Positions 9,419 to 17,094 of a stretch of DNA of 32,000 nt are shown in pieces. Below the pieces are notes generated by a model. The model did not search any database. It saw only the letters and a list, made by a program, of their open reading frames with translations, and was not told the DNA's origin. The stretch comes from Paracoccus suum (GTDB taxonomy: Bacteria > Pseudomonadota > Alphaproteobacteria > Rhodobacterales > Rhodobacteraceae), in the NCBI RefSeq assembly GCF_003324675.1, contig NZ_CP030918.1, positions 1,020,001-1,052,000 on the forward strand. Reading direction: 5' to 3'. The position numbers and the translations under genes are program-made. Position 1 is the stretch's first letter. Each line of letters opens with the position of its first letter.

Positions 9419-10003
9419 GTGTCCCACGTCCACGAACCCAACGGCGGCGAGGCGCTCGCCCATGAAGGCACGCGGCGAGATTTCCTCTACTACGTGACCG
9501 CAGGTGCCGGTGCCGTCGCCGCCGGCGCCGCCGGCTGGACGCTGGTCAACCAGATGAACCCCTCAGCCGACGTTCAGGCGCTCAGCTCGATCCAGGTGGA
9601 CGTCTCGGCGGTGCAGCCGGGCACACAGCTGACGGTCAAGTGGCTCGGCAAGCCGATCTTCATCCGCCGCCGCACCCCGGAGGAAATCGAGGCCGGGCGC
9701 GCCGTCCCGCTGGGCGATCTGATCGACGTCAATTCCGAGAACCCGAACAAGCCCGACACCGACGCGCTGGACCAGAATCGTACGCTGGACGAGGCCGGCG
9801 AATGGCTGGTCATGATCGGCGTGTGCACCCACCTCGGCTGCGTGCCCATCGGTGACGGCGCGGGCGATTTCCATGGCTGGTTCTGCCCTTGCCACGGCAG
9901 CCACTACGATACCGCGGGCCGCATCCGCAAAGGTCCGGCGCCGCAGAACCTTCACATCCCCGTCGCCGCCTTCGAGGGCGACACCACCATCAAGCTGGGC
10001 TGA
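9419..10003 (+). CDS. petA: Ubiquinol-cytochrome c reductase Rieske iron-sulfur subunit
   Basis: Twin-arginine signal (TRRDFLYY) and the Rieske boxes CTHLGC and CPCHGS. It is near-identical in layout to my recollection of Paracoccus FbcF. The start is GTG at 9419, with GGAG about 12 nt upstream. Confidence 0.95.
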   Translation: MSHVHEPNGGEALAHEGTRRDFLYYVTAGAGAVAAGAAGWTLVNQMNPSADVQALSSIQVDVSAVQPGTQLTVKWLGKPIFIRRRTPEEIEAGRAVPLGDLIDVNSENPNKPDTDALDQNRTLDEAGEWLVMIGVCTHLGCVPIGDGAGDFHGWFCPCHGSHYDTAGRIRKGPAPQNLHIPVAAFEGDTTIKLG

Positions 10004-10015
10004 GGAGGCGCCACT

Positions 10016-11338
10016 ATGTCGGGTATCCCGCACGACCATTACCAGCCCCGCACGAAATTCGAGCGTTGGCTCGATCGCCGCCTGCCGCTGGGCGCGGTGA
10101 TCTATGACGTCCTGATGATTCCCACCCCCAGGAACCTGAACTGGATGTGGATCTGGGGCATCGTCCTCGCCTTCTGCCTGGTGCTGCAGATCGCCACGGG
10201 CATCGTCCTTGCCATGCATTACACTCCGCATGTGGATCTGGCCTTCGCCAGCGTCGAGCACATCATGCGCGACGTGAACGGCGGCTACATGCTGCGCTAC
10301 CTGCATGCGAACGGCGCCTCGCTGTTCTTCCTCGCCGTCTACCTGCACATTTTCCGCGGCCTCTATTACGGCAGCTACAAGGCCCCGCGCGAGGTCACCT
10401 GGATCGTCGGCATGCTGATCTACCTGGCGATGATGGCGACCGCGTTCATGGGTTACGTGCTGCCCTGGGGCCAGATGTCCTTCTGGGGCGCGACGGTGAT
10501 CACCGGCCTCTTCGGCGCCATTCCCGGCATCGGGCCGAGCATCCAGACCTGGCTGCTGGGCGGACCGGCGGTCGACAACGCGACGTTGAACCGTTTCTTC
10601 TCGCTGCACTATCTGCTGCCGTTCATCATCGCGGCGCTGGTGGTCGTGCACATCTGGGCGTTCCACTCGACCGGCAACAACAACCCCACCGGGGTCGAGG
10701 TGCGCCGCACCTCGAAGGCCGAGGCCGAGCGCGACACGCTGCCGTTCTGGCCCTATTTCGTCATCAAGGACCTGTTCGCCCTGGCGCTGATCCTGGTGGT
10801 GTTCTTTGCCATCGTCGGATTCATGCCGAACTATCTGGGCCACCCCGACAACTACATGGAGGCCAACCCCCTCCAGACCCCGGCGCATATCGTCCCGGAA
10901 TGGTACTTCCTGCCGTTCTACGCGATCCTGCGCGCCTTCACCGCTGATGTCTGGCTGGTGCAACTGGTCGACTGGGTCACCTTCGGCATCGTAGACGCGA
11001 AGTTCTTTGGCGTGCTGGCGATGTTCGGCGCGATTCTGGTGCTGGCGCTGGTGCCGTGGCTGGACACCAGCCGGGTGCGCTCGGGCCGATTCCGGCCGCA
11101 GTTCAAGTGGTGGTTCTGGCTGCTGGCGATCGACTTTGTCGTGCTGACCTGGGTCGGCGCCCAGCCGGCCGAGGGAATCTATCCCTACATCGCCCTCGCC
11201 GGCGCCGCCTACTGGTTCATCTATTTCCTCGTGATCCTGCCGCTGCTGGGGATCATCGAGCGTCCCGAGCCGATGCCGGCGACGATCGAAGAGGATTTCA
11301 ACGCCCACTACCGGGCCGACCTGCATCCGGCCGAGTGA
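10016..11338 (+). CDS. petB: Cytochrome b of the bc1 complex
   Basis: 440-aa polytopic protein with the conserved heme-ligand His regions and the [13 protein letters not shown] (PEWY) motif. GAGGAGG lies 7 nt upstream of the ATG. Confidence 0.97.
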   Translation: MSGIPHDHYQPRTKFERWLDRRLPLGAVIYDVLMIPTPRNLNWMWIWGIVLAFCLVLQIATGIVLAMHYTPHVDLAFASVEHIMRDVNGGYMLRYLHANGASLFFLAVYLHIFRGLYYGSYKAPREVTWIVGMLIYLAMMATAFMGYVLPWGQMSFWGATVITGLFGAIPGIGPSIQTWLLGGPAVDNATLNRFFSLHYLLPFIIAALVVVHIWAFHSTGNNNPTGVEVRRTSKAEAERDTLPFWPYFVIKDLFALALILVVFFAIVGFMPNYLGHPDNYMEANPLQTPAHIVPEWYFLPFYAILRAFTADVWLVQLVDWVTFGIVDAKFFGVLAMFGAILVLALVPWLDTSRVRSGRFRPQFKWWFWLLAIDFVVLTWVGAQPAEGIYPYIALAGAAYWFIYFLVILPLLGIIERPEPMPATIEEDFNAHYRADLHPAE

Positions 11339-11349
11339 GGGACGACGAC

Positions 11350-13011
11350 ATGACCTTTACGACAAAGACCCTCACGGCGGTTGTGGCGCTCGGCATCGGT
11401 GCCGGCGCAGCGATGGGACAGACGCCGGCGGCCCCCACGGCGGCCCCGGCGACGGCTGCGCCGACGACATCACCGTCTGCCGCTGCAACGAATTCTGCCC
11501 CGACCACGACGGCGGAGCCCACGGCAGAGACGCAGAAACCCGAGCCGATCCCTGGCGCCCCGACCGAACCGCCAGCGGCCCAGGGCAGCGTCCCCGGGAC
11601 CCCGGCGGCGACCGACGCCGTCACCGGCACGGCCGACCCGGCCGCCGGAACGCTGGTGAACGAGCCTTCGGTCGGCCAGGCCGAAATCGCGACGCCGCCG
11701 GCCGAGACTCCGGCACCGGCGGCGACCGCTCCGGCTACCACAGCCCCAGCGACGGCTGCTGCTCCGGCCCCCGACGCGATCCCGGCGCCGGCCGCACCAG
11801 CGGCGAGCGAGCCGACGGCACCTGTCGTAACCCCGGCCATGCCGGAGCCGGCCGCCACCGCGCCGGCCGCGCCGGCAGCTCCGGCCACCCCTGCAGAGCC
11901 TGCTCCCGCGGCCCCCGCGCCGGAAGCGCCGGCTACGGCTCCTGCCGCCGCTGAGCCTACTGCTCCGTCTCCGGCCGAAGCCCCGGCTGCTGAATCGGCT
12001 ACCCCGGCACCGGCGGAAGCGCCGACCGCTGCGGAGGCCCCGGCCGAGCCGGCCGCCGCCACGGCGGCGCCAGAGGGCTCGGCCGCCCCGAATGCAGAGG
12101 CCCCGGCCGACATTGCAGCGCCCGAAGCAGCGGCGACTGCCCCCGCTTCGCCTCCGGCGGAGGTTCCGGCCGCCGAGGCTGCCGCACCGGGCGCCGCCGC
12201 CACGACCCATACTGCTACGCATCAGGAAATCACCGACGTCGCCTTCAGTTTCGAGGGTCCGTTCGGCAAGTTCGACCAGTTCCAGTTGCAGCGCGGCCTG
12301 CAGGTCTACACCGAGGTCTGCGCGGCCTGCCACGGCCTGCGCTATGTGCCGATCCGCACGCTCGCAGATCCGGGCGGACCGGGCCTGCCCGAGGATCAGG
12401 TCCGCGCCTATGCGGCGACCATGGAGATCGACGACGCCGAGACCGGCGAGACCCGGCCGCGCCTGCCGAGCGATCACTTCCCGCACAACACCGCCGCCGG
12501 CGCGCCGGACCTGTCGGTCATGGCCAAGGGCCGCGCGGGCTTTCACGGTCCATATGGCACCGGCATCAACCAGTTGCTGCACGGCATCGGCGGTCCGGAG
12601 TACATCTACTCGATCCTGACCCACTATACGGGCGAGACCAAGGAAGAGGCCGGCGAGACCTTCTACGGCAACACCGCCTTCCCGGGCGGCTGGATCAAGA
12701 TGCCGCCGCCGCTGAGCGATGATCAGGTCACCTACGAGGACGGCCACCCTGCCACGACCAGCGACGAGGCCAAGGACGTGGCCGCGTTCCTGATGTGGAC
12801 AGCAGAGCCCAAGATGATGGCCCGCAAGCAGGTCGGCTTGGTGTCGGTGATCTTCCTGATCGGCCTCACCATGCTGCTCTACATGACCAACAAGCGCCTG
12901 TGGTGGCCCATCAAGCACCCGACTCTGCGTCGCAAGGCCATTGCCGCCACCGGGGAAACGGTCCGCACGACCGAGGTACGGACCACGACGACAACGGTCG
13001 ATCGCGTCTGA
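11350..13011 (+). CDS. petC: Cytochrome c1 with a long N-terminal Ala/Pro/Thr/Glu-rich low-complexity insertion (553 aa)
   Basis: Signal peptide [23 protein letters not shown], then about 267 aa of low-complexity sequence. The canonical c1 core follows: heme site CAACHGL, the Met-ligand region WIKMPPPL, and the C-terminal anchor [18 protein letters not shown] 11350 is in frame with ORF 11056..13011 and is preceded by GAGGGA. Confidence 0.93.
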   Translation: MTFTTKTLTAVVALGIGAGAAMGQTPAAPTAAPATAAPTTSPSAAATNSAPTTTAEPTAETQKPEPIPGAPTEPPAAQGSVPGTPAATDAVTGTADPAAGTLVNEPSVGQAEIATPPAETPAPAATAPATTAPATAAAPAPDAIPAPAAPAASEPTAPVVTPAMPEPAATAPAAPAAPATPAEPAPAAPAPEAPATAPAAAEPTAPSPAEAPAAESATPAPAEAPTAAEAPAEPAAATAAPEGSAAPNAEAPADIAAPEAAATAPASPPAEVPAAEAAAPGAAATTHTATHQEITDVAFSFEGPFGKFDQFQLQRGLQVYTEVCAACHGLRYVPIRTLADPGGPGLPEDQVRAYAATMEIDDAETGETRPRLPSDHFPHNTAAGAPDLSVMAKGRAGFHGPYGTGINQLLHGIGGPEYIYSILTHYTGETKEEAGETFYGNTAFPGGWIKMPPPLSDDQVTYEDGHPATTSDEAKDVAAFLMWTAEPKMMARKQVGLVSVIFLIGLTMLLYMTNKRLWWPIKHPTLRRKAIAATGETVRTTEVRTTTTTVDRV

Positions 13012-13026
13012 CCGAGCGATATTTGG

Positions 13027-13056
13027 AAAAGGGGCGGCCTTTGAGCCGCCCTTTTT
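13027..13056 (+). terminator. Intrinsic terminator after petC (bidirectional shape)
   Basis: AAAAG-GGGCGGC-ctttga-GCCGCCC-TTTTT. The 7-bp GC stem (13032-13038 with 13045-13051) has an A-tract upstream and a T-tract downstream. Confidence 0.85.
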
Positions 13057-13118
13057 CATGCCGTGCTCATGGAGTGAAGGGATACACGTTGCGTAGCCGC
13101 CGCCCGGGCGATCATTTC

Positions 13119-13209
13119 TGCTGAGTGCTGAGTGCTGAGTGCTGAGTGCTGAGTGCTGAGTGCTGAGTGCTGAGTGCTGAGTGCTGAGTGCTGAGTGCTG
13201 AGTGCTGAG
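13119..13209. repeat. Perfect tandem repeat (TGCTGAG) x 13
   Basis: Hand-counted: 91 bp, 13 identical 7-bp units, no mismatch. It is flanked by unique sequence (tttc on the left, caaaag on the right). Confidence 0.97.
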
Positions 13210-13523
13210 CAAAAGATGCTGGCTGCCGCGGGCCGCAGCCACTAACTCATCGTCGGCGGCGGCTGTCCCGACACTGCCAAACTCAGTCGGCAGCCCGCTG
13301 CCGCGCCTCTTACTTACCGAACCCAGCCGCGTTTGCTGCGGCCGGGCCCGCTTACAGAGAGGCCTGCCACGCCGCCGATCAACGCGCGGTCCCATCATCG
13401 ATTATCGCGACCATCTGACGACGACGAGGGACCTCCCTCGGGGCGTAGCGGCCCTTGGTTGGGGCCCCGGCCACGCGAGGCCGCCTGCACCTTCCGGTCG
13501 GGGGCATGACCGGCCCAAATCAA

Positions 13524-13550
13524 TAAAAAAAGGCGCCCCGCAGGGCGCCC
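13524..13550 (-). terminator. Intrinsic terminator of the M23-peptidase/bactofilin operon
   Basis: The minus strand reads GGCGCCC-tgcg-GGGCGCC followed by TTTTTTT. It lies 26 bp beyond the bactofilin stop codon. Confidence 0.85.
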
Positions 13551-13575
13551 TTTCCAAACTGCTGATCCCTACAGA

Positions 13576-14091
13576 TCACGCGCCGTCGGCGGCCGCATCA
13601 TTGCGGGGCTTCGGCGGGGCCAGCCGCGGTGCACCGCCCGTTGCCAAGGGGTCCTCCTGGCGCTGGACCGAGCCCTCGAAATGGGCGCCCGATTCGATGG
13701 CGATGGTCTTGTGGATGATGTCGCCCTCGACACGGGCCGTGGCCGACAGGCGGACTTTCAAGCCGCGCACACGGCCGATGACGCGGCCGTTGACCACGAT
13801 ATCCTCGGCCACGATCTCGCCGCGGATGGTGGCGCTCTCGCCGACCGTCAGTTGGTGGGCGCGGATGTCGCCTTCCACGAGGCCTTCGATCTGGACGTCG
13901 CCCTCTGTGGTGATGTTGCCGGTCACGGTCAGGTCGGCCGAGAGGACGGATGGGCCGGCGCTGCGCCGCATGCCGCCGCCGAGGGCCGGGGCAGCATCGC
14001 GCGGCGTCTCGGGGGCCGGGCGGTAGGGTTCGGCCTCCGGGGTGGCGGTGCTGCGGGGGCCAGGCTCGGTCACGCGGGTCTTAGAAAACAT
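13576..14091 (-). CDS. Bactofilin-family cytoskeletal protein
   Basis: Characteristic beta-helical bactofilin (DUF583) repeats: LTVTGNITTEGDVQIEGLVEGDIRAHQLTVGESATIRGEIVAEDIVVNGRVIGRV. The N-terminal MFSK matches the conserved bactofilin membrane-targeting start. A Pro-rich linker is present. Confidence 0.9.
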   Translation of the reverse strand: MFSKTRVTEPGPRSTATPEAEPYRPAPETPRDAAPALGGGMRRSAGPSVLSADLTVTGNITTEGDVQIEGLVEGDIRAHQLTVGESATIRGEIVAEDIVVNGRVIGRVRGLKVRLSATARVEGDIIHKTIAIESGAHFEGSVQRQEDPLATGGAPRLAPPKPRNDAAADGA

Positions 14092-15382
14092 TCTGGGCTG
14101 CCTTGATGAAGCTGAGCGGGTTCACGGCCGTGCCGTTGACACGCACTTCGTAGTGCAGATGCGGACCGGTCGACCTTCCGGTATTGCCCATATCACCGAT
14201 GCGCGCCCCGCGCGAGACCCTCTGCCCGGCCCGGACATGGATCTTGGACAGATGGCCATATCGGGTCTCGGTGCCCAGTTCGTGCTGGACCTTGATCACG
14301 TTGCCATAACCGCGCTGCCAACCGGCAAAGATCACGACACCGTCACCGGTGGCATAGATCGGGGTGCCGACCGGGGCGGCCATGTCGATTCCCTCGTGGC
14401 GGCGGCTCCAGCGGGCGCCGAAGCCCGACGTGTAGCGGAAGGCCGACTGCACCGGCATCGACAGCGGCAGCTTTTCGGCGGCGATGCGGTAGGTGTTCAC
14501 CTTGTCGAGCGAGACGAGGATCTGGTTGCCACGGGTTTCGCTCTGCGTGATCGCGGCGTTGCCGTGCGAGGAATAGGCGATGGGGGTCAGCGGGCCACCC
14601 TGGCCGGAATAGCCCTTGCGGACCGTGCTCAGCAGCTTGTCGGGATCGATTCCGACCGACTTGAACATCTTGTCCAGCGGCTCGACCGAGACGGTGACGG
14701 CATCCTCGATCTGGGCAAGGATCTCATCCTGGCGCGCGACGATGGCGTCACGCTCGACGGTCAGGCGCTCGGCCGCCAGCTGCGCCTCCTGTGCCTCGGT
14801 CTCGGCCTTGTCGCGGGCCGATGCGACCCCCTGCAACTCGCCCGACAGGATATCGAGCGCGACGGAGAATTCTTCGTTGCGCGCGGCAGTCTCGGCCGGG
14901 TTGGCAGAGGCGGTGCGGAGCTGCGCGTCCTGTTCGGCGAGGGCCTTTTGCAGGTTGGCCTGCACCACGCCGAGGCCGGTCTCAAGCTCATGCCGACGCT
15001 CTTCCGAGGTCAGGAGTTGCGACTGCATCTGCGAGACCTGCTCCAGCGCCACGGCGAATCGCGCCTGCGCGGCGCTCGCCTCGTTGGCGCGCTGGTCACG
15101 CTCGGCAGAGAGGGCATCTAGGCGCTGTTCAAAGGCGAGTTGCGCGCGGCCGGTCTGGTCCTTAGCGCTGCCGGCGCTGATGGCATCGGTCACCAGAATC
15201 GCACTGGCGATGATCGACCATCCAAACACCAGCGCGGTGCCGCCCATCGCCGCCAGCTGCGTCGCCGGGCGCAACCGGACAAAGCGCGTCCCGTTTTCCG
15301 AGCGGAGGAAAAGGCGCTGTTCAGGCAACCAACGTTCCAGCGAAGCGTTCAGGCGGTGAGCGATGCGACGGGGCAATGGCAC
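14081..15382 (-). CDS. M23 (LytM-domain) peptidoglycan endopeptidase with an N-terminal TM segment and a long coiled coil
   Basis: The C-terminal LytM domain has intact metal ligands: HEGIDMA (HxxxD) and GPHLHYEV (HxH). The central region is Ala/Glu/Gln/Leu-rich heptad-like sequence, and there is one N-terminal hydrophobic span. The start is GTG at 15382 with a weak RBS, so the start is uncertain. Confidence 0.85.
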   Translation of the reverse strand: MPLPRRIAHRLNASLERWLPEQRLFLRSENGTRFVRLRPATQLAAMGGTALVFGWSIIASAILVTDAISAGSAKDQTGRAQLAFEQRLDALSAERDQRANEASAAQARFAVALEQVSQMQSQLLTSEERRHELETGLGVVQANLQKALAEQDAQLRTASANPAETAARNEEFSVALDILSGELQGVASARDKAETEAQEAQLAAERLTVERDAIVARQDEILAQIEDAVTVSVEPLDKMFKSVGIDPDKLLSTVRKGYSGQGGPLTPIAYSSHGNAAITQSETRGNQILVSLDKVNTYRIAAEKLPLSMPVQSAFRYTSGFGARWSRRHEGIDMAAPVGTPIYATGDGVVIFAGWQRGYGNVIKVQHELGTETRYGHLSKIHVRAGQRVSRGARIGDMGNTGRSTGPHLHYEVRVNGTAVNPLSFIKAAQNVF

Positions 15383-15566
15383 TGTCCGTTATTGGGTAAG
15401 CGCGTCGGCGTCAGCATTCTGCTGGTGCTGTTCCCGAGGCTTTGCGGCGATAGACCTCAGCTGTGCCCTTCATGCAACGTCGGCGATGGTCGCACCTGCC
15501 CGATAGGCGGGATCGCGCCGGCCATCCCACCTTTGGTCGGCGGTCGCCTGCCGTTTGTGACGGTGC

Positions 15567-16751
15567 TCAGCCCCGCCGAATCAACGCCAGCGCGCCGAGC
15601 GATGCTGCGGCGGATGTGGCCATTAGCGCGACGAGCGGGACCGAGGTCGCGCCTGGCACCAGCAGGACCCCTGCAATCGCCGCCAGGGCCGCGCCGCCTG
15701 CGACCATCAGCGCACTGCCGAGGCCCGCGGCGGTCCCTGCCAGATCGGGATCCACTGTCATCATCCCGGCATTGGCATTCGGCAACAGCACGCCATTGCC
15801 GAGGCTGGTGACAGCGACGCTGCCAAAGAACACGACGGCAGAGCCATGGCCCGCCAACGTCATCACCAAGGCAAAGGAAAGCGACGCCAGCGTGACAAAT
15901 GCGCCGATCGCGATCATGCGGTCGATGCCGACCCGCGCAGACCAGCGCCCGGCGGCGAAGTTGCCGGCAAGATAGCCGATCGACGGCGCCATGAACCACC
16001 AGCCGACCTCGGCCGAGGACATGTGGAACACCTCGAGGCCGACAAAGGCGGCCCCGCCGAGATAGGCGAAAAACGTCCCCGAGGCGAATGTCGCGGCCAG
16101 CACATAGCCCCAGTAGCGGCCAGAGCGCATGAGGCGCGGATAGCCGGCCGCCTGATCGCGCCAGCTGGTCCGATGGGGCGGCGCCGTCTCGGCCATGTCG
16201 TGCCAGGCCCAGGCGGTGACAATCAGGCCGGCGACGACCAGCAATACAAAGTTGGCACGCCAGCCAAAGCTGTGATCGATCAGGCCGCCTAGCGCCGGCG
16301 CCGCCATCGGTACGACCGACATGCCCATCATCAGGTAGCCGATCTTGCCAGCCGCCCGGTCCGGCGCCTCGGTGTCACGGATCACCGCCCGTGGCAGCAC
16401 CATGCCGGAGGTGACGGCCGACTGCACCATCCGCGCCAGCAGAAAGAGGCCAATGCTGGGCGCCATCAGGCAAGCAAGGCTCGCCATCAGGAACACCGCA
16501 AGCGCGCCCAGCATGACCGGCCGTCGCCCCAGCCGGTCGCTGAGCGGGCCGGCCAGCAGTTGCACCACCGCGCCTGCGGCCAGATAGGCCGAGACGGAAA
16601 GCTGGATCACCGCGTATTCGACGCCGAAGTCCCGCGCCATTGCTGGCAGCGAGGGCAGGAACAGGTTCATCGACAGCGCGGCAAGCCCGGTCAGCGCGAT
16701 CAGGGTGCCCAGACGCGGTTTTCGGGTTTCCGGGGCGTCAGCCCCAGTCAT
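15567..16751 (-). CDS. MFS transporter, Bcr/CflA drug-resistance subfamily-like
   Basis: About 12 predicted hydrophobic spans and the MFS loop motif GPLSDRLGRRPV. Length is 394 aa. Confidence 0.85.
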   Translation of the reverse strand: MTGADAPETRKPRLGTLIALTGLAALSMNLFLPSLPAMARDFGVEYAVIQLSVSAYLAAGAVVQLLAGPLSDRLGRRPVMLGALAVFLMASLACLMAPSIGLFLLARMVQSAVTSGMVLPRAVIRDTEAPDRAAGKIGYLMMGMSVVPMAAPALGGLIDHSFGWRANFVLLVVAGLIVTAWAWHDMAETAPPHRTSWRDQAAGYPRLMRSGRYWGYVLAATFASGTFFAYLGGAAFVGLEVFHMSSAEVGWWFMAPSIGYLAGNFAAGRWSARVGIDRMIAIGAFVTLASLSFALVMTLAGHGSAVVFFGSVAVTSLGNGVLLPNANAGMMTVDPDLAGTAAGLGSALMVAGGAALAAIAGVLLVPGATSVPLVALMATSAAASLGALALIRRG

Positions 16752-17088
16752 GAAAAACGAACCACGCCCCGGCGCAGATCAGTGAAAAACCGACGGCATG
16801 CTGCCAGCCGAGCCGCTCGCCCAGATACAACCATGAAAACCCTGCAAAAACCGACAGGCTGATGACTTCTTGGATGGTTTTCAGCTGGGCGGCGCTGAAA
16901 TGTCCATAGCCGATGCGATTGGCCGGCACCTGCAGCAGGTATTCGAAGAATGCGATGCCCCAACTGACGAGGATCACGATGGCGATGGGCGCCGCCTTGA
17001 ACTTCAGATGTCCATACCACGCGACGGTCATGAACAGGTTCGAGAGCACCAGAAGGCCGATGGTGACGACCGGAACGGGCAGGTTCAT
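16738..17088 (-). CDS. Small DMT-superfamily membrane protein (DUF486-type)
   Basis: 116 aa with four hydrophobic helices. Conserved segments SNLFMTVAWYGHLKF and FFEYLLQVPANRIGY are typical of the DUF486 family as I recall it. Confidence 0.75.
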   Translation of the reverse strand: MNLPVPVVTIGLLVLSNLFMTVAWYGHLKFKAAPIAIVILVSWGIAFFEYLLQVPANRIGYGHFSAAQLKTIQEVISLSVFAGFSWLYLGERLGWQHAVGFSLICAGAWFVFHDWG

Positions 17089-17094
17089 CTCGGC

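Noticed and set aside
9563-11326. 587-aa minus-strand ORF opposite petA and petB
   Set aside because: It is antisense to cytochrome b and the Rieske protein, and it has the composition of a GC third-position shadow frame.
13119-13209. Heptamer array considered as a CRISPR array or as HrcA/CIRCE sites
   Set aside because: There are no spacers and the units are only 7 bp, so it is not a CRISPR array. Each unit junction gives GAGTGCT, which is 7 of the 9 nt of the CIRCE arm GAGTGCTAA. All copies are direct with no inverted partner at 9-nt spacing, so this is most likely coincidental.
11298-13398. Minus-strand ORFs 11298..12203 (poly-Ala/Gly) and 11470..13398 (Arg-rich, containing the STQHSAL repeats)
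   Set aside because: The first is the complement of the Ala/Pro-rich c1 insertion. The second runs antisense through petC, crosses an intrinsic terminator and simply reads through the heptamer array. Neither has a start context or protein-like composition.
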